Position numbers and translations under genes: made by a program | Notes under the pieces: model-generated | What the model saw: the letters and a program-made list of their open reading frames with translations, nothing else | The model's database searches: none | What the model was told of the DNA's origin: nothing | Shown: piece after piece, positions 46,454 to 55,851 of the stretch | Position numbering within the stretch: the stretch's first letter is position 1 | Layout of the letters: each line of letters begins with the position of its first letter | Assembly (NCBI GenBank): GCA_044464625.1 | Contig: JBIQLC010000012.1 | Coordinates: 252 to 64,251, forward strand | Origin: Afipia sp. | GTDB taxonomy: Bacteria; Pseudomonadota; Alphaproteobacteria; Rhizobiales; Xanthobacteraceae | DNA: 64,000 nt | Direction of reading: 5' to 3'

Positions 46454-46915
46454 ATGCTGAACGACATCTATAATAAGCGGATCATCGAGCTGGCGGGCAA
46501 TATTCCAAGGCTGGGCCGGCTCTCCGATCCGGACGCCTCGGCGACTGCCCATTCCAAGCTGTGCGGCTCCACGGTCAAGATCGACCTCAAGATGGATGCC
46601 GGCGTGGTCACCGACTTCGCCCACGATGTGAAGGCCTGCGCCCTCGGACAGGCGTCATCGTCGATCATGGCGAGCCACGTCGTCGGCTCGAACGCCGCCG
46701 AGTTGCGCGAACTACGCGAAATCGTCCGCAAGATGCTGAAGGAAAACGGCGCGCCGCCGGAAGGCAAATGGGCCGATATCGCCCTGCTCGAGCCGGTGCG
46801 CGATTATAAGGCGCGCCACGCCTCGACCATGCTGACCTTTGACGCGGTGGTCGACGCCATCGGCCAGATCGAAGCCAGGGACAAGGCGAAGGCCGGCGCG
46901 CTGGCGGAGTCGTAA
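46454..46915 (+). CDS. IscU/NifU-like Fe-S scaffold (SufU-like) protein
   Basis: HSKLCGS, VKACALGQAS, RHASTML; start set at ATG 46454. Confidence 0.82.
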   Translation: MLNDIYNKRIIELAGNIPRLGRLSDPDASATAHSKLCGSTVKIDLKMDAGVVTDFAHDVKACALGQASSSIMASHVVGSNAAELRELREIVRKMLKENGAPPEGKWADIALLEPVRDYKARHASTMLTFDAVVDAIGQIEARDKAKAGALAES

Positions 46916-46955
46916 CCGGTCCTGTTTCGCATCAACTGAGCATCACCAGCTTTTT

Positions 46956-47042
46956 GTCATGCCCGGGCTTGTCCCGGGCATCTCGCTTAGGGATGCACTG
47001 TGCCACGTGAATCGAGATGGCCGGGACAAGCCCGGCCATGAC
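46956..47042. repeat. Repeat family A, copy 4
   Basis: GTCATGCCCGGGCTTGTCCCGGGCATC...GATGGCCGGGACAAGCCCGGCCATGAC. Confidence 0.9.
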
Positions 47043-47068
47043 AGAAGAATAAGGACTGAAGCTGCGCG

Positions 47069-47983
47069 TCACTGCGCCGCGGTTGCGCCGCCGGTCGATG
47101 GCTGGGCATCGGCGGTCTTGGTCGCCTTGGTCACGGCCGGCGATGCGGCTTCTGGCGCCCCGCTGTTCAGACGATCCTGTATCGGCTTGGCGTCGGAGAC
47201 AGCCACGACATCGGCCATCGTTCCCGAACGCATCGGTGCCGCGGCCACCGCGTCGTCGCGCAGGATATGGGTCTGCCGCAATTCGACCGGCGTCAGTTCA
47301 TGCAGCGGTTCCCATGGCGGCACGCTCAAGGCGAGCGAAAGGAGATCGCCCGACCCGCCCATGTCGAAGGTGAACTTGGCGAGGCTGCCGATATCGTGCT
47401 GCACGATAGTGAGATCCTGCGCCGTGTAGCTCGCCGCCTTGGCGTTGTCGGCACGATCGCCCATCCAGATCTGGTGGACACGCACATGCGCGCCCGGCGG
47501 CACATAGCGGGTCTGGCCGGCCAGCAGCAGGAACACGCACATCGATTCACAATAGGCGTCCGGCACCACTTCGCGCTCGGGGCCGTTGTTCCCGTCATGC
47601 TCGACCACCGCACCGACGGTTGTGTGGATGCCGAGTTCGCGCCAGCGCCGGCCGAGCGTGATGGCATCGAGCACCGAACCGCCGCTTGAATCGAGCACGA
47701 CAGTCGCACCCGTCACCTTGCGCTGCTTGGCGAAGGCCGTGAACTGCTTGGGCGTATCGTTGGTGACGACGCCGACCGCGGAAATCCAGTCGCGGCAATC
47801 CGGCTCGCAGGCATCCTGCCGCGCCGCGTACCACGTGAAGGTCATGGGAAGTTTGCGCTGTTCCAGCGTCGGGGCAACGGATTGCGCGTCACCGGCCAGG
47901 GCGAACCCTGGCAGGGCCAGAAAAAAAGCGGCAGCGCATGTGCGCGCCAAGCCGCTGATGATCGGCGACCCCACGATATTCAA
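47069..47983 (-). CDS. Periplasmic hypothetical protein, ClpP/crotonase-like (COG3904-like)
   Basis: Signal peptide, LDSSGGSVLDA, CESMCVFLLLAG, VHQ. Confidence 0.6.
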   Translation of the reverse strand: MNIVGSPIISGLARTCAAAFFLALPGFALAGDAQSVAPTLEQRKLPMTFTWYAARQDACEPDCRDWISAVGVVTNDTPKQFTAFAKQRKVTGATVVLDSSGGSVLDAITLGRRWRELGIHTTVGAVVEHDGNNGPEREVVPDAYCESMCVFLLLAGQTRYVPPGAHVRVHQIWMGDRADNAKAASYTAQDLTIVQHDIGSLAKFTFDMGGSGDLLSLALSVPPWEPLHELTPVELRQTHILRDDAVAAAPMRSGTMADVVAVSDAKPIQDRLNSGAPEAASPAVTKATKTADAQPSTGGATAAQ

Positions 47984-48212
47984 GCCGGTTCCTTCCCACC
48001 CTTTCAGGGTAATGGCGACGGTCCCAGTCCGCGCAACGATTCTGTCACGCGGCCTTTAGAAAACCGTAACGGTGCTGCGGATTTGCGTCTATTCCACTTT
48101 TGCTGCATCGCCCTCAAAAGCATGCGATTGTTGTCGGGTGTGGCGTGAAAGCAAGTTAAGTTCCTGCCTCGGAACTAGACGCATTCCGCTTGGAGCCACT
48201 CCAGAGAGTGAG

Positions 48213-48554
48213 ATGAAGCTGTCGACGCCCTGCCCGCATTGTGGAACCACGTTGACGCACCTGCCGCGCAATGCAGGGCGCGGCATGATCTGGATCTATC
48301 GTCATACCCTGTCGCCGCTGATCGGATTCAACTGCCGTCATCTGCCGACCTGCTCGGCCTATGGCGACGAAGCGATCGGCCGTTTCGGACTGTGGGTCGG
48401 CGGCTGGATGACGCTCGCGCGGTTGCTGCGCTGCCAGCCATGGGGCACCTCGGGCATCGACAACGTGCCCGAGCAAGCGCCCGCGAACGCACGCTGGTAT
48501 CTGCCTTGGCGTTACGCGCGCTGGCGCGGCGTCAACGACGGTTCGGTCAATTGA
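48213..48554 (+). CDS. yidD: Membrane protein insertion efficiency factor YidD
   Basis: YRHTLSPLIGFNCRHLPTCSAYG...GWMTLARLLRCQPWG; start set at ATG 48213. Confidence 0.92.
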   Translation: MKLSTPCPHCGTTLTHLPRNAGRGMIWIYRHTLSPLIGFNCRHLPTCSAYGDEAIGRFGLWVGGWMTLARLLRCQPWGTSGIDNVPEQAPANARWYLPWRYARWRGVNDGSVN

Positions 48555-49695
48555 TGCCGCTACGCGGGCGCGTCAGCACGATCAGCAGCACAGTGAAGGC
48601 GATTGCTACGGCACCCGCGATGTTCATCGAATCGAACGCCTCTCGGGCATAGAACATCGCGCCGAGCGCCGAGCCGAGGCCCTGCCCGATATACAGCACC
48701 GAGGTGTTGAGCGAGACCGATGCGCTAGCGAGCGTCGGCGCGGCCGCCATCAGGCGCACCTGCTGCATCGAATTGGCGGCAGCGAAGCCGAAGCCCCAGA
48801 ACAGCATTGCGACGATCATCGCCATCAACGCGCCGGAGCCAAGCGCCCATCCGGCGATGCCGATCAGGATCGAGAACGAGAACGTCAGCGACGTCTTCCA
48901 CGCGCCCCATGTATCGACGACGCGGCTCGCCAGCACGTTGCCGATGAATCCCATCACGCCATAGATCGCGAACAGCAGCGCGACCGCTTCCGGCCCCGCG
49001 CCGACCTGATGCTGCACCAAGGGGCCCATGAATGTGAAGATGATGAACTGGCTGCCCATCTGCATGGTGGTGATCAGCAGCAGCATGAGCACCAGCGGAT
49101 TGCCGCCGAGCGCACCCCAGGTTTTGAGATCGACGCGCACGCCAGCGATGCCGCGCGGCAATCGCCACGCCGTCAGAACGAAGGCGATGAAGGCGATCAA
49201 CGCGATGGCGGCATAGGCCATGCGCCACCCCAGATGACTCGCCACATATGTCACTGTCGGCAATCCGGCCGCAGCCGCGAGCGACCAGCCGAGGAAAACG
49301 TAGGTCATCGTGCTGCCGCGCCGCTCCGGCGGCACCATGACCGACGCAAGACTCGCAGCCTGCGGCGTGAACAGCGCAACCACCGCCAGCATCACCAGCC
49401 GCAATCCCAGCAGCGTGCGATAGTCCGGCGCCAGGGCCGAGGCGACATGGGTCAGCGACGTGAACAGCATCGCGCCTGCGAGCAGCGGCCTGCGATCGAA
49501 GCGGCTGGTCAGCCACGCCGTCGCCGGCGACGCGATGCACAGCACGATGGCGCCGAAGGTGATCAGCAATCCGGCATCGCGGATGGTGGCATCGAGGCCG
49601 TCGGCAAGTTGCGGCAGCATGCCAGCCGGCGCGAGCACGCTCACGCCGGTCACGATATTGCCGATCATCAGGGACGTAACAGCGAAGCGTTTCAT
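48547..49695 (-). CDS. MFS transporter (DHA1/NepI-like)
   Basis: About 12 TM segments, motif A TSRFDRR, PPERRG. Confidence 0.88.
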   Translation of the reverse strand: MKRFAVTSLMIGNIVTGVSVLAPAGMLPQLADGLDATIRDAGLLITFGAIVLCIASPATAWLTSRFDRRPLLAGAMLFTSLTHVASALAPDYRTLLGLRLVMLAVVALFTPQAASLASVMVPPERRGSTMTYVFLGWSLAAAAGLPTVTYVASHLGWRMAYAAIALIAFIAFVLTAWRLPRGIAGVRVDLKTWGALGGNPLVLMLLLITTMQMGSQFIIFTFMGPLVQHQVGAGPEAVALLFAIYGVMGFIGNVLASRVVDTWGAWKTSLTFSFSILIGIAGWALGSGALMAMIVAMLFWGFGFAAANSMQQVRLMAAAPTLASASVSLNTSVLYIGQGLGSALGAMFYAREAFDSMNIAGAVAIAFTVLLIVLTRPRSGIN

Positions 49696-49798
49696 GGGGA
49701 TGTGTTGTATGGATCAGCACCTTACATGCAACTGCATGAAAATGCAATAGTGTGTTGCAAGGGGTGATGGAAGAGCAGGATGAACCTCTACCTCGGAT

Positions 49799-49885
49799 GT
49801 CATCACCGGGCTTGTCCCGGTGATCCCGTTCAGGCGAGCACTGCGCGTCCCTAAGCGGGATGGCCGGAATAAATCCGGCCATGAC
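49799..49885. repeat. Repeat family A, copy 5
   Basis: GTCATCACCGGGCTTGTCCCGGTGATCCCG...GGGATGGCCGGAATAAATCCGGCCATGAC. Confidence 0.85.
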
Positions 49886-49914
49886 ATCGAAGATTCATTA
49901 GAGCAGTAGCCAAG

Positions 49915-50502
49915 CTATATCTCACCCTGTTGCCTTGCCCGATAGGCCCGCGTCTTCTCGCGATTGCCGCACAGGGCCGACACGCACCAGCGCCGCGTCC
50001 CCGGTTTCGAGCGATCATAGAACACGCGTTGGCACTCATCGGACGCACACATCTTCAGCCGGCCAAGCGTGCCGTTATCAAAGCCACGGAGCAACTCGGC
50101 CACGACGACCGAAAGGCCCGACAGCGCGTCCTTGCGCGCGCCACGAAGGATCATGGTGCGATCCGTCGCCTCCGCGATCATTGGAAATTTTTCCATCGTC
50201 CGATTGAGTGCGCGTAGAGTTTCCTTATCTCCCCGCGCCTCCGGCTCGCGTTGCAAGTACGTACGCAGCGCTGTCCGCAATTCCAGCGCCTCGGCCAGCA
50301 TCGATGCTGTGACCTTGCCGCCCGGCGGCAACAGCCTGCGTTCGGTCATCCACGCCGCAAGATCACTTGCGCTTGCCAGTTCATCGCCCTGCGGATGCTG
50401 GACGCCGTAATGGGTGAAATGGCGCAGGTCCAGCGTGTTGGCGAAATCGTAGAGATTGGCCAACTGATCCGGAACCTTGAACTTGCGCGAGGCTTTCGAC
50501 AT
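49915..50502 (-). CDS. ABATE / CGNR zinc-finger domain protein
   Basis: DFANT N-terminus, RLKMCASDECQRVFYDRSKPGTRRWC...CGNREK; start set at ATG 50502. Confidence 0.9.
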   Translation of the reverse strand: MSKASRKFKVPDQLANLYDFANTLDLRHFTHYGVQHPQGDELASASDLAAWMTERRLLPPGGKVTASMLAEALELRTALRTYLQREPEARGDKETLRALNRTMEKFPMIAEATDRTMILRGARKDALSGLSVVVAELLRGFDNGTLGRLKMCASDECQRVFYDRSKPGTRRWCVSALCGNREKTRAYRARQQGEI

Positions 50503-50599
50503 CGACACCAGTAAAGCACTTTTACTGGTTGACAGCAAGCGCGACCCGCCGCATCCTTGCAACATCAGCCGCCAAGGCGCACCGACGCCGGAGAGCACG

Positions 50600-51829
50600 A
50601 TGAGCAGCAGCCAGATCGCTTCACCCGCCGGCATTTTCCGAGGCTGGTATGTGGTTGCCGCGGCTTTCACCGTGATGATGGTCGGCTTCGGCTGCGCTTA
50701 CTCGTTCAGCGCCTTCGTGGAATCGCTGCAGACCGATTTCGGCGCATCGCGCGGCTCGGTGTCGCTGGTGTTCTCGCTCGCCGGCTTTCTCTATTTCGCG
50801 CTCGGCATGGTGAGCGGCCCGCTCGCCGACCGCTGGGGATCGCGCCGCCTCGCCTTCGCCGGAATGATCCTGGTCGGGCTGGGCCTCGTTTTCGCCAGCG
50901 CCGCGCGCAACCTCACCGAAGTCTATATCGCCTACGGGCTCGGCGTCGGTCTCGGTGTCGGCGCCTCGTATGTGCCCGCCATCGGCGCGGTGCAGCGCTG
51001 GTTCGTCAAGCGACGCGGCTTTGCCTCAGGCCTCGCAGTGAGTGGCATCGGCGTCGGCACACTGGTGATGCCGCTGGTCGCGGCATGGCTGATCGCAAGC
51101 AGCGGATGGCGCAACGCCTATCTCATCCTCGGCATTCTCGCCGTCATCGTCGGCGCCGGCATGGCGCTGCTGATCGAGAACGACCCGCGTGACCGCGGCC
51201 TCGCACCGGACGGCGAACCGATCCAGCCCGATCAGGCATCCGCCCCGCCCTCCGGCGCATCGGTGCGCGAGGCGATCCGCTCGCGGCCGTTCATCGGCCT
51301 CTACATCTCATGCCTGATCTGCTCGTTCGGCGTGTTCGTGCCGTTCGTGCATCTCGTGCCCTACGCGATCGATCATGGCGTGACCAAAGCATCGGCGGTG
51401 TTTCTGCTCGGCGTGATCGGCATCGGCAGCACTGCCGGACGCTTCTTCCTCGGCGGCCTCGCCGATCGCATGGGCCGCCGCGCCGCGTTGCTCGCGATGT
51501 ATGGCGGCATGGCGCTCGCGCTGGCGATCTGGGCCATTGCGAGCGGCTTCTGGATGCTTGCGCTGTTCGCCTTCGCCTATGGCGTGTTCTACGGCGGCTG
51601 GGTCGCCGTGCTGCCAGCGGTGGTGATGGACTATTTCGGCGGGCGCAATGTCAGCGGCCTGATCGGCATCCTCTACACCAGCGTCGCGCTCGGCACCCTG
51701 ATCGGGCCGAGCGCCGCCGGATTCGCCTTCGACGTCAGCCACAACTACATGCTGCCGATTCTCGCCAGCATCGCGGCCAATATCGTCGGCGCGGCGATCC
51801 TCGCGGCGGTTGCGAAAGCGCCTGCGTAG
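50600..51829 (+). CDS. MFS transporter (MCT/OFA-like)
   Basis: GWYVVAA, GPLADRWGSRR, WFVKRRGFASG, GGLADRMGRR. Confidence 0.88.
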   Translation: MSSSQIASPAGIFRGWYVVAAAFTVMMVGFGCAYSFSAFVESLQTDFGASRGSVSLVFSLAGFLYFALGMVSGPLADRWGSRRLAFAGMILVGLGLVFASAARNLTEVYIAYGLGVGLGVGASYVPAIGAVQRWFVKRRGFASGLAVSGIGVGTLVMPLVAAWLIASSGWRNAYLILGILAVIVGAGMALLIENDPRDRGLAPDGEPIQPDQASAPPSGASVREAIRSRPFIGLYISCLICSFGVFVPFVHLVPYAIDHGVTKASAVFLLGVIGIGSTAGRFFLGGLADRMGRRAALLAMYGGMALALAIWAIASGFWMLALFAFAYGVFYGGWVAVLPAVVMDYFGGRNVSGLIGILYTSVALGTLIGPSAAGFAFDVSHNYMLPILASIAANIVGAAILAAVAKAPA

Positions 51830-51937
51830 CATCGCCGCCGTCAAAACCGCCGAAACTGACGTTGCACGGCCCAACGCGGCTGTTATACACCTCCCTACCG
51901 CTTACCTGCGCCCGTTCGCAGGAGTGAGCCACAGGAG

Positions 51938-53983
51938 ATGCAGATGTCTGAAGACAACAAGCCTACGTCCGGATTCCAGTTCGGCCTCGCCAACCTCAAA
52001 GCCGTCGAATCCGACCAGGTCGCCGTCACCTTCCCCGACGGTGCGAAACGCGAATTTCCCAAAGGCACCACCGGCCTCGATATCGCCAAGGGCATTTCGC
52101 CCTCGCTCGCCAAGCGCACCGTGGCGATGGCGCTCGATGGCGTGTTGACCGACCTCGCCGATCCGATCGAGCAGGACGCAAAAATCGAATTCATCAACCG
52201 CGACGATCTGCGCGCGCTGGAATTGATCCGGCATGACGCCGCGCACGTCCTCGCCGAAGCGGTGCAGACGCTGTGGCCGGGCACGCAGGTGACCATCGGC
52301 CCGGTGATCGAGAACGGATTCTATTACGACTTCTTCCGCAACGAGCCGTTCACGCCGGAAGACTTCGACGCTATCGAAAAGAAGATGCGCGAGATCATTG
52401 CGCGCGACAAACCCTTCACCAAGGAAATCTGGACCCGCGACGAAACCAAGAAAGTGTTCGCGGACAAGGGCGAGCTGTTCAAGGTCGAGCTGGTCGATGC
52501 GATCCCCGAGGATCAGACCATCCGCATCTACAAGCAGGGCGACTGGTTCGACCTGTGCCGCGGCCCGCACATGACCTCGACCGGCAAGGTCGGCAACGCC
52601 TTCAAGCTGATGAAGGTGGCGGGCGCCTATTGGCGCGGCGACAGCAACAATCCGATGCTGACGCGCATCTACGGCACCGCCTTCGCCAGCCAGCAGGAGC
52701 TCGACGCCTATCTCAAGCAGCTCGAGGAAGCTGAGAAGCGCGACCATCGCCGCCTCGGCCGCGAGATGGACCTCTTCCATTTCCAGGAGGAAGGCCCCGG
52801 CGTGGTGTTTTGGCACGCCAAGGGCTGGACGCTGTTCCAGGCGATCATCGCCTACATGCGCCGCCGTCTCGCCGGTGACTATGACGAAGTCAACGCGCCA
52901 CAGATGCTCGACAAGTCGCTGTGGGAGACTTCCGGCCACTGGGAGTGGTATCGCGAGAACATGTTCGCGGCGCAGTCCGCCGGCGACGAGGCTGAGGACA
53001 AGCGCTGGTTCGCGATCAAGCCGATGAACTGCCCTGGCCATGTACAGATCTTCAAGCACGGCCTCAAGAGCTATCGCGAACTGCCGATCCGCCTCGCCGA
53101 GTTCGGCGTCGTTCATCGCTACGAGCCGTCAGGCGCGATGCACGGCCTGCTGCGCGTCCGCGGCTTCACCCAGGACGATGCCCACATCTTCTGCACCGAG
53201 GACCAACTCGCGGCGGAATGCATCAAGATCAACGACCTGATCCTGTCGACCTATTCCGACTTCGGCTTCGACGGCGAACTGACGGTCAAGCTCTCGACCC
53301 GTCCGGAGAAGCGGGTCGGCTCGGACGCGGCGTGGGATCACGCCGAGAAGATCATGACTGAAGTGCTCGCGCACATCGAGGCGCAGGGCCATAACCGCAT
53401 CAAGACCTCGATCAATCCGGGCGAAGGCGCGTTCTACGGGCCGAAGTTCGAATACGTGCTGCGCGACGCCATCGGCCGCGAATGGCAATGCGGCACCACG
53501 CAGGTCGACTTCAACCTGCCCGAGCGGTTCGGTGCGTTCTACATCGACGATCACTCCAACAAGGTGACGCCGGTGATGGTCCACCGCGCCATCTGCGGAT
53601 CGCTGGAGCGCTTCACCGGCATCCTGATCGAGCACTATGCCGGCCACTTCCCGCTGTGGCTCGCGCCGCTGCAGGCGGTGGTCACCACCATCACCTCGGA
53701 CGGCGACGATTACGCCCGCGAAGTGCTGGCGGCGTGCCGCAAGGCGGGACTGCGCGTCGAGATCGACCTGCGCAACGAGAAGATCAACTACAAGGTGCGC
53801 GAGCACTCGCTGGCCAAGGTGCCGGCACTTCTCGTGGTCGGCAAGAAGGAAGCCGAAAGCCGCTCGGTGTCGATCCGCCGCCTCGGCAAGGAAGGCCAGA
53901 CCGTGCTGCCGCTCGACGAAGCGCTGAAGGCGCTGGTCGATGAGGCGACGCCGCCCGACATCAAGCGGGCGCAGTCCGCCTGA
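51938..53983 (+). CDS. thrS: Threonine--tRNA ligase
   Basis: TGS domain, [60 protein letters not shown]. Confidence 0.99.
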   Translation: MQMSEDNKPTSGFQFGLANLKAVESDQVAVTFPDGAKREFPKGTTGLDIAKGISPSLAKRTVAMALDGVLTDLADPIEQDAKIEFINRDDLRALELIRHDAAHVLAEAVQTLWPGTQVTIGPVIENGFYYDFFRNEPFTPEDFDAIEKKMREIIARDKPFTKEIWTRDETKKVFADKGELFKVELVDAIPEDQTIRIYKQGDWFDLCRGPHMTSTGKVGNAFKLMKVAGAYWRGDSNNPMLTRIYGTAFASQQELDAYLKQLEEAEKRDHRRLGREMDLFHFQEEGPGVVFWHAKGWTLFQAIIAYMRRRLAGDYDEVNAPQMLDKSLWETSGHWEWYRENMFAAQSAGDEAEDKRWFAIKPMNCPGHVQIFKHGLKSYRELPIRLAEFGVVHRYEPSGAMHGLLRVRGFTQDDAHIFCTEDQLAAECIKINDLILSTYSDFGFDGELTVKLSTRPEKRVGSDAAWDHAEKIMTEVLAHIEAQGHNRIKTSINPGEGAFYGPKFEYVLRDAIGREWQCGTTQVDFNLPERFGAFYIDDHSNKVTPVMVHRAICGSLERFTGILIEHYAGHFPLWLAPLQAVVTTITSDGDDYAREVLAACRKAGLRVEIDLRNEKINYKVREHSLAKVPALLVVGKKEAESRSVSIRRLGKEGQTVLPLDEALKALVDEATPPDIKRAQSA

Positions 53984-54016
53984 TCGAGGCACAATCATGA
54001 GGGGACCGGCGCGGAC

Positions 54017-55111
54017 ATGAGTTCGGGTTTTGACATCCCGCCGGGCACGGTCTCCCTCGCCGACTACGAGATGATCGCACGCGCGCGTCTTGGCGAAGCG
54101 GCGTGGAGTTATATCGCCGGCGGCGGCGCCGACGAACTCACCATGCGATGGAATCGCGAAGCCTTCGAGCGCATCCGCCTCGAAGGTCGCGTGCTGCGCG
54201 ACATGGCGGGCGCCACTACACAGGTCGACCTGCTCGGCATGACGCTGCCGCATCCGATCATGGTCGCGCCGGTCGCGTTCCAGAAGCTCGCGCACCCGGA
54301 TGGCGAGCTCGCCACCGTGGTCGGCGCATCCGCGCTCGGCGCCGCGATGGTTGTGAGCACGCAGGCAAGCGTCCTCCTCGAAGACATCGCGCGCCATGCC
54401 GCCACGCCATTGTGGTTTCAGCTCTACATCCAGCACGATCGCGGCTTCACGCAGGCACTGGCCGAGCGCGCCGCAGCGGCTGGCTATCGCGCCCTCGTCG
54501 TCACCGTGGACGCGACAGTCAACGGCGTGCGCAATCGCGAGCAGCGCGCGAGCTTTCGCTTCCCGCCTGGCGTCAGCGCCGTCAACCTCGCCGGAATGAC
54601 ACCGCAGCCGATGCCGCAGGTTGGCCCCGGCGAAAGCCCGGTGTTCAGGGGCATGCTCGATAACGCACCGACATGGCGCGATGTCGAGGCACTGGCGAAG
54701 ACCTCGAAGCTGCCGGTCGTTCTCAAGGGCATCGTGTCGCCGTCCGATGCGCAGGCCGCGATCGACCATGGTGCCGCGGCGGTGATCGTCTCCAATCACG
54801 GTGGCCGCGCGCTCGATACGCTGCCCGCCACTATCGATGCGCTCCCCCGTGTGGCGGATGCCGTGGCCGGCCGCATTCCCCTTTTGCTCGATGGCGGAAT
54901 CCGTCGCGGCACCGATGTGCTCAAGGCGCTGGCGCTCGGCGCGCGCGCGGTGCTGATCGGCCAGCCCTGCATTCATGGCCTCGCGGTCGGCGGCGCAGCC
55001 GGAGTCGCCCACGTGCTGGGATTGCTGCGCGCCGAACTCGAGGTTGCGATGGCCCTCACCGGCTGCCGCACGCTCGCCGAGATCAACTGCGATGTGATCT
55101 GGCGCGACTAG
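54017..55111 (+). CDS. FMN-dependent alpha-hydroxy acid oxidase/dehydrogenase
   Basis: APVA, WFQLY, TVD, LKGI, SNHGGR, DGGIRRGTDVLKALALGA. Confidence 0.93.
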   Translation: MSSGFDIPPGTVSLADYEMIARARLGEAAWSYIAGGGADELTMRWNREAFERIRLEGRVLRDMAGATTQVDLLGMTLPHPIMVAPVAFQKLAHPDGELATVVGASALGAAMVVSTQASVLLEDIARHAATPLWFQLYIQHDRGFTQALAERAAAAGYRALVVTVDATVNGVRNREQRASFRFPPGVSAVNLAGMTPQPMPQVGPGESPVFRGMLDNAPTWRDVEALAKTSKLPVVLKGIVSPSDAQAAIDHGAAAVIVSNHGGRALDTLPATIDALPRVADAVAGRIPLLLDGGIRRGTDVLKALALGARAVLIGQPCIHGLAVGGAAGVAHVLGLLRAELEVAMALTGCRTLAEINCDVIWRD

Positions 55112-55173
55112 AGCTATTTATTTTGACGCGTTTTCTTCACGCGAACCGATACCCACTTCGCTCGAAAACGCTA
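55108..55173. repeat. Repeat family C, copy 3 (its CTAG overlaps the upstream stop codon)
   Basis: CTAGAGC at 55108 contains the TAG stop 55109-55111; core matches copies 1 and 2. Confidence 0.85.
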
Positions 55174-55275
55174 CGCGCTACTTTAGAAGTCTCTTAGATT
55201 GCGGCATCTTGTTCGCGCGCCGTGGCTTCCGATATGAACCACCACGACTTTCGATGACATTGTCCGGATGACCTG

Positions 55276-55845
55276 ATGCCTGAAGCCCTCGACCTCCTGA
55301 AAACCCGCCGTTCGCAGAAGCCGATCGAGATGACCGGTCCGGGCCCCTCGCCCGCCGAACTCGAAACCATTCTCACCATCGGCGCGCGTGTGCCCGATCA
55401 CGGCAAGATCGCGCCGTGGCGATTCATCGTGTTCGAGGGCAATGCGCGCACCAAAGCGGGCGAGATTTTCAAGAAGGTGTTTCGCGCCAAGAACGTCACC
55501 GCGACGCCGGACCAGGTCGAAGCCGAAGGCAAGCGCTTCACTCATGCGCCGCTGGTGATCGCCGTGGTCAGCAAGACCGCGAGCCACCCCAAGGTGCCGC
55601 CGTGGGAGCAGGAATTATCGGCGGGCGCCAGCGCGATGAACATCGTCCATGCCGCCCACGCCCTGGGCTATGTCGCGAACTGGCTGACGGGCTGGATGGC
55701 GTTCGACCGCGACGTGCTCAACGCGCTCGGCCTTGGGCCGGAAGAAAAGATCGCGGGCTTCATCCACATCGGCAAGGCTGCCCAGCCGATCGAGGACCGC
55801 CCGCGTCCGGCGCTGAGCGACATCGTCACGCGATTTGGCGAGTGA
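55276..55845 (+). CDS. Nitroreductase family protein (YdjA-like)
   Basis: LLKTRRS, RVPDHGKIAPWRF, AHALGY, WLTG, GFIHIG. Confidence 0.9.
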   Translation: MPEALDLLKTRRSQKPIEMTGPGPSPAELETILTIGARVPDHGKIAPWRFIVFEGNARTKAGEIFKKVFRAKNVTATPDQVEAEGKRFTHAPLVIAVVSKTASHPKVPPWEQELSAGASAMNIVHAAHALGYVANWLTGWMAFDRDVLNALGLGPEEKIAGFIHIGKAAQPIEDRPRPALSDIVTRFGE

Positions 55846-55851
55846 TCGCGC

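Noticed and set aside
51938-52020. N-terminal extension on ThrS before the TGS domain
   Set aside because: I recall similar extensions in Nitrobacteraceae ThrS, so probably a lineage trait rather than a novelty
53129-55012. 627-aa minus-strand ORF
   Set aside because: Antisense shadow of thrS and the alpha-hydroxy acid oxidase
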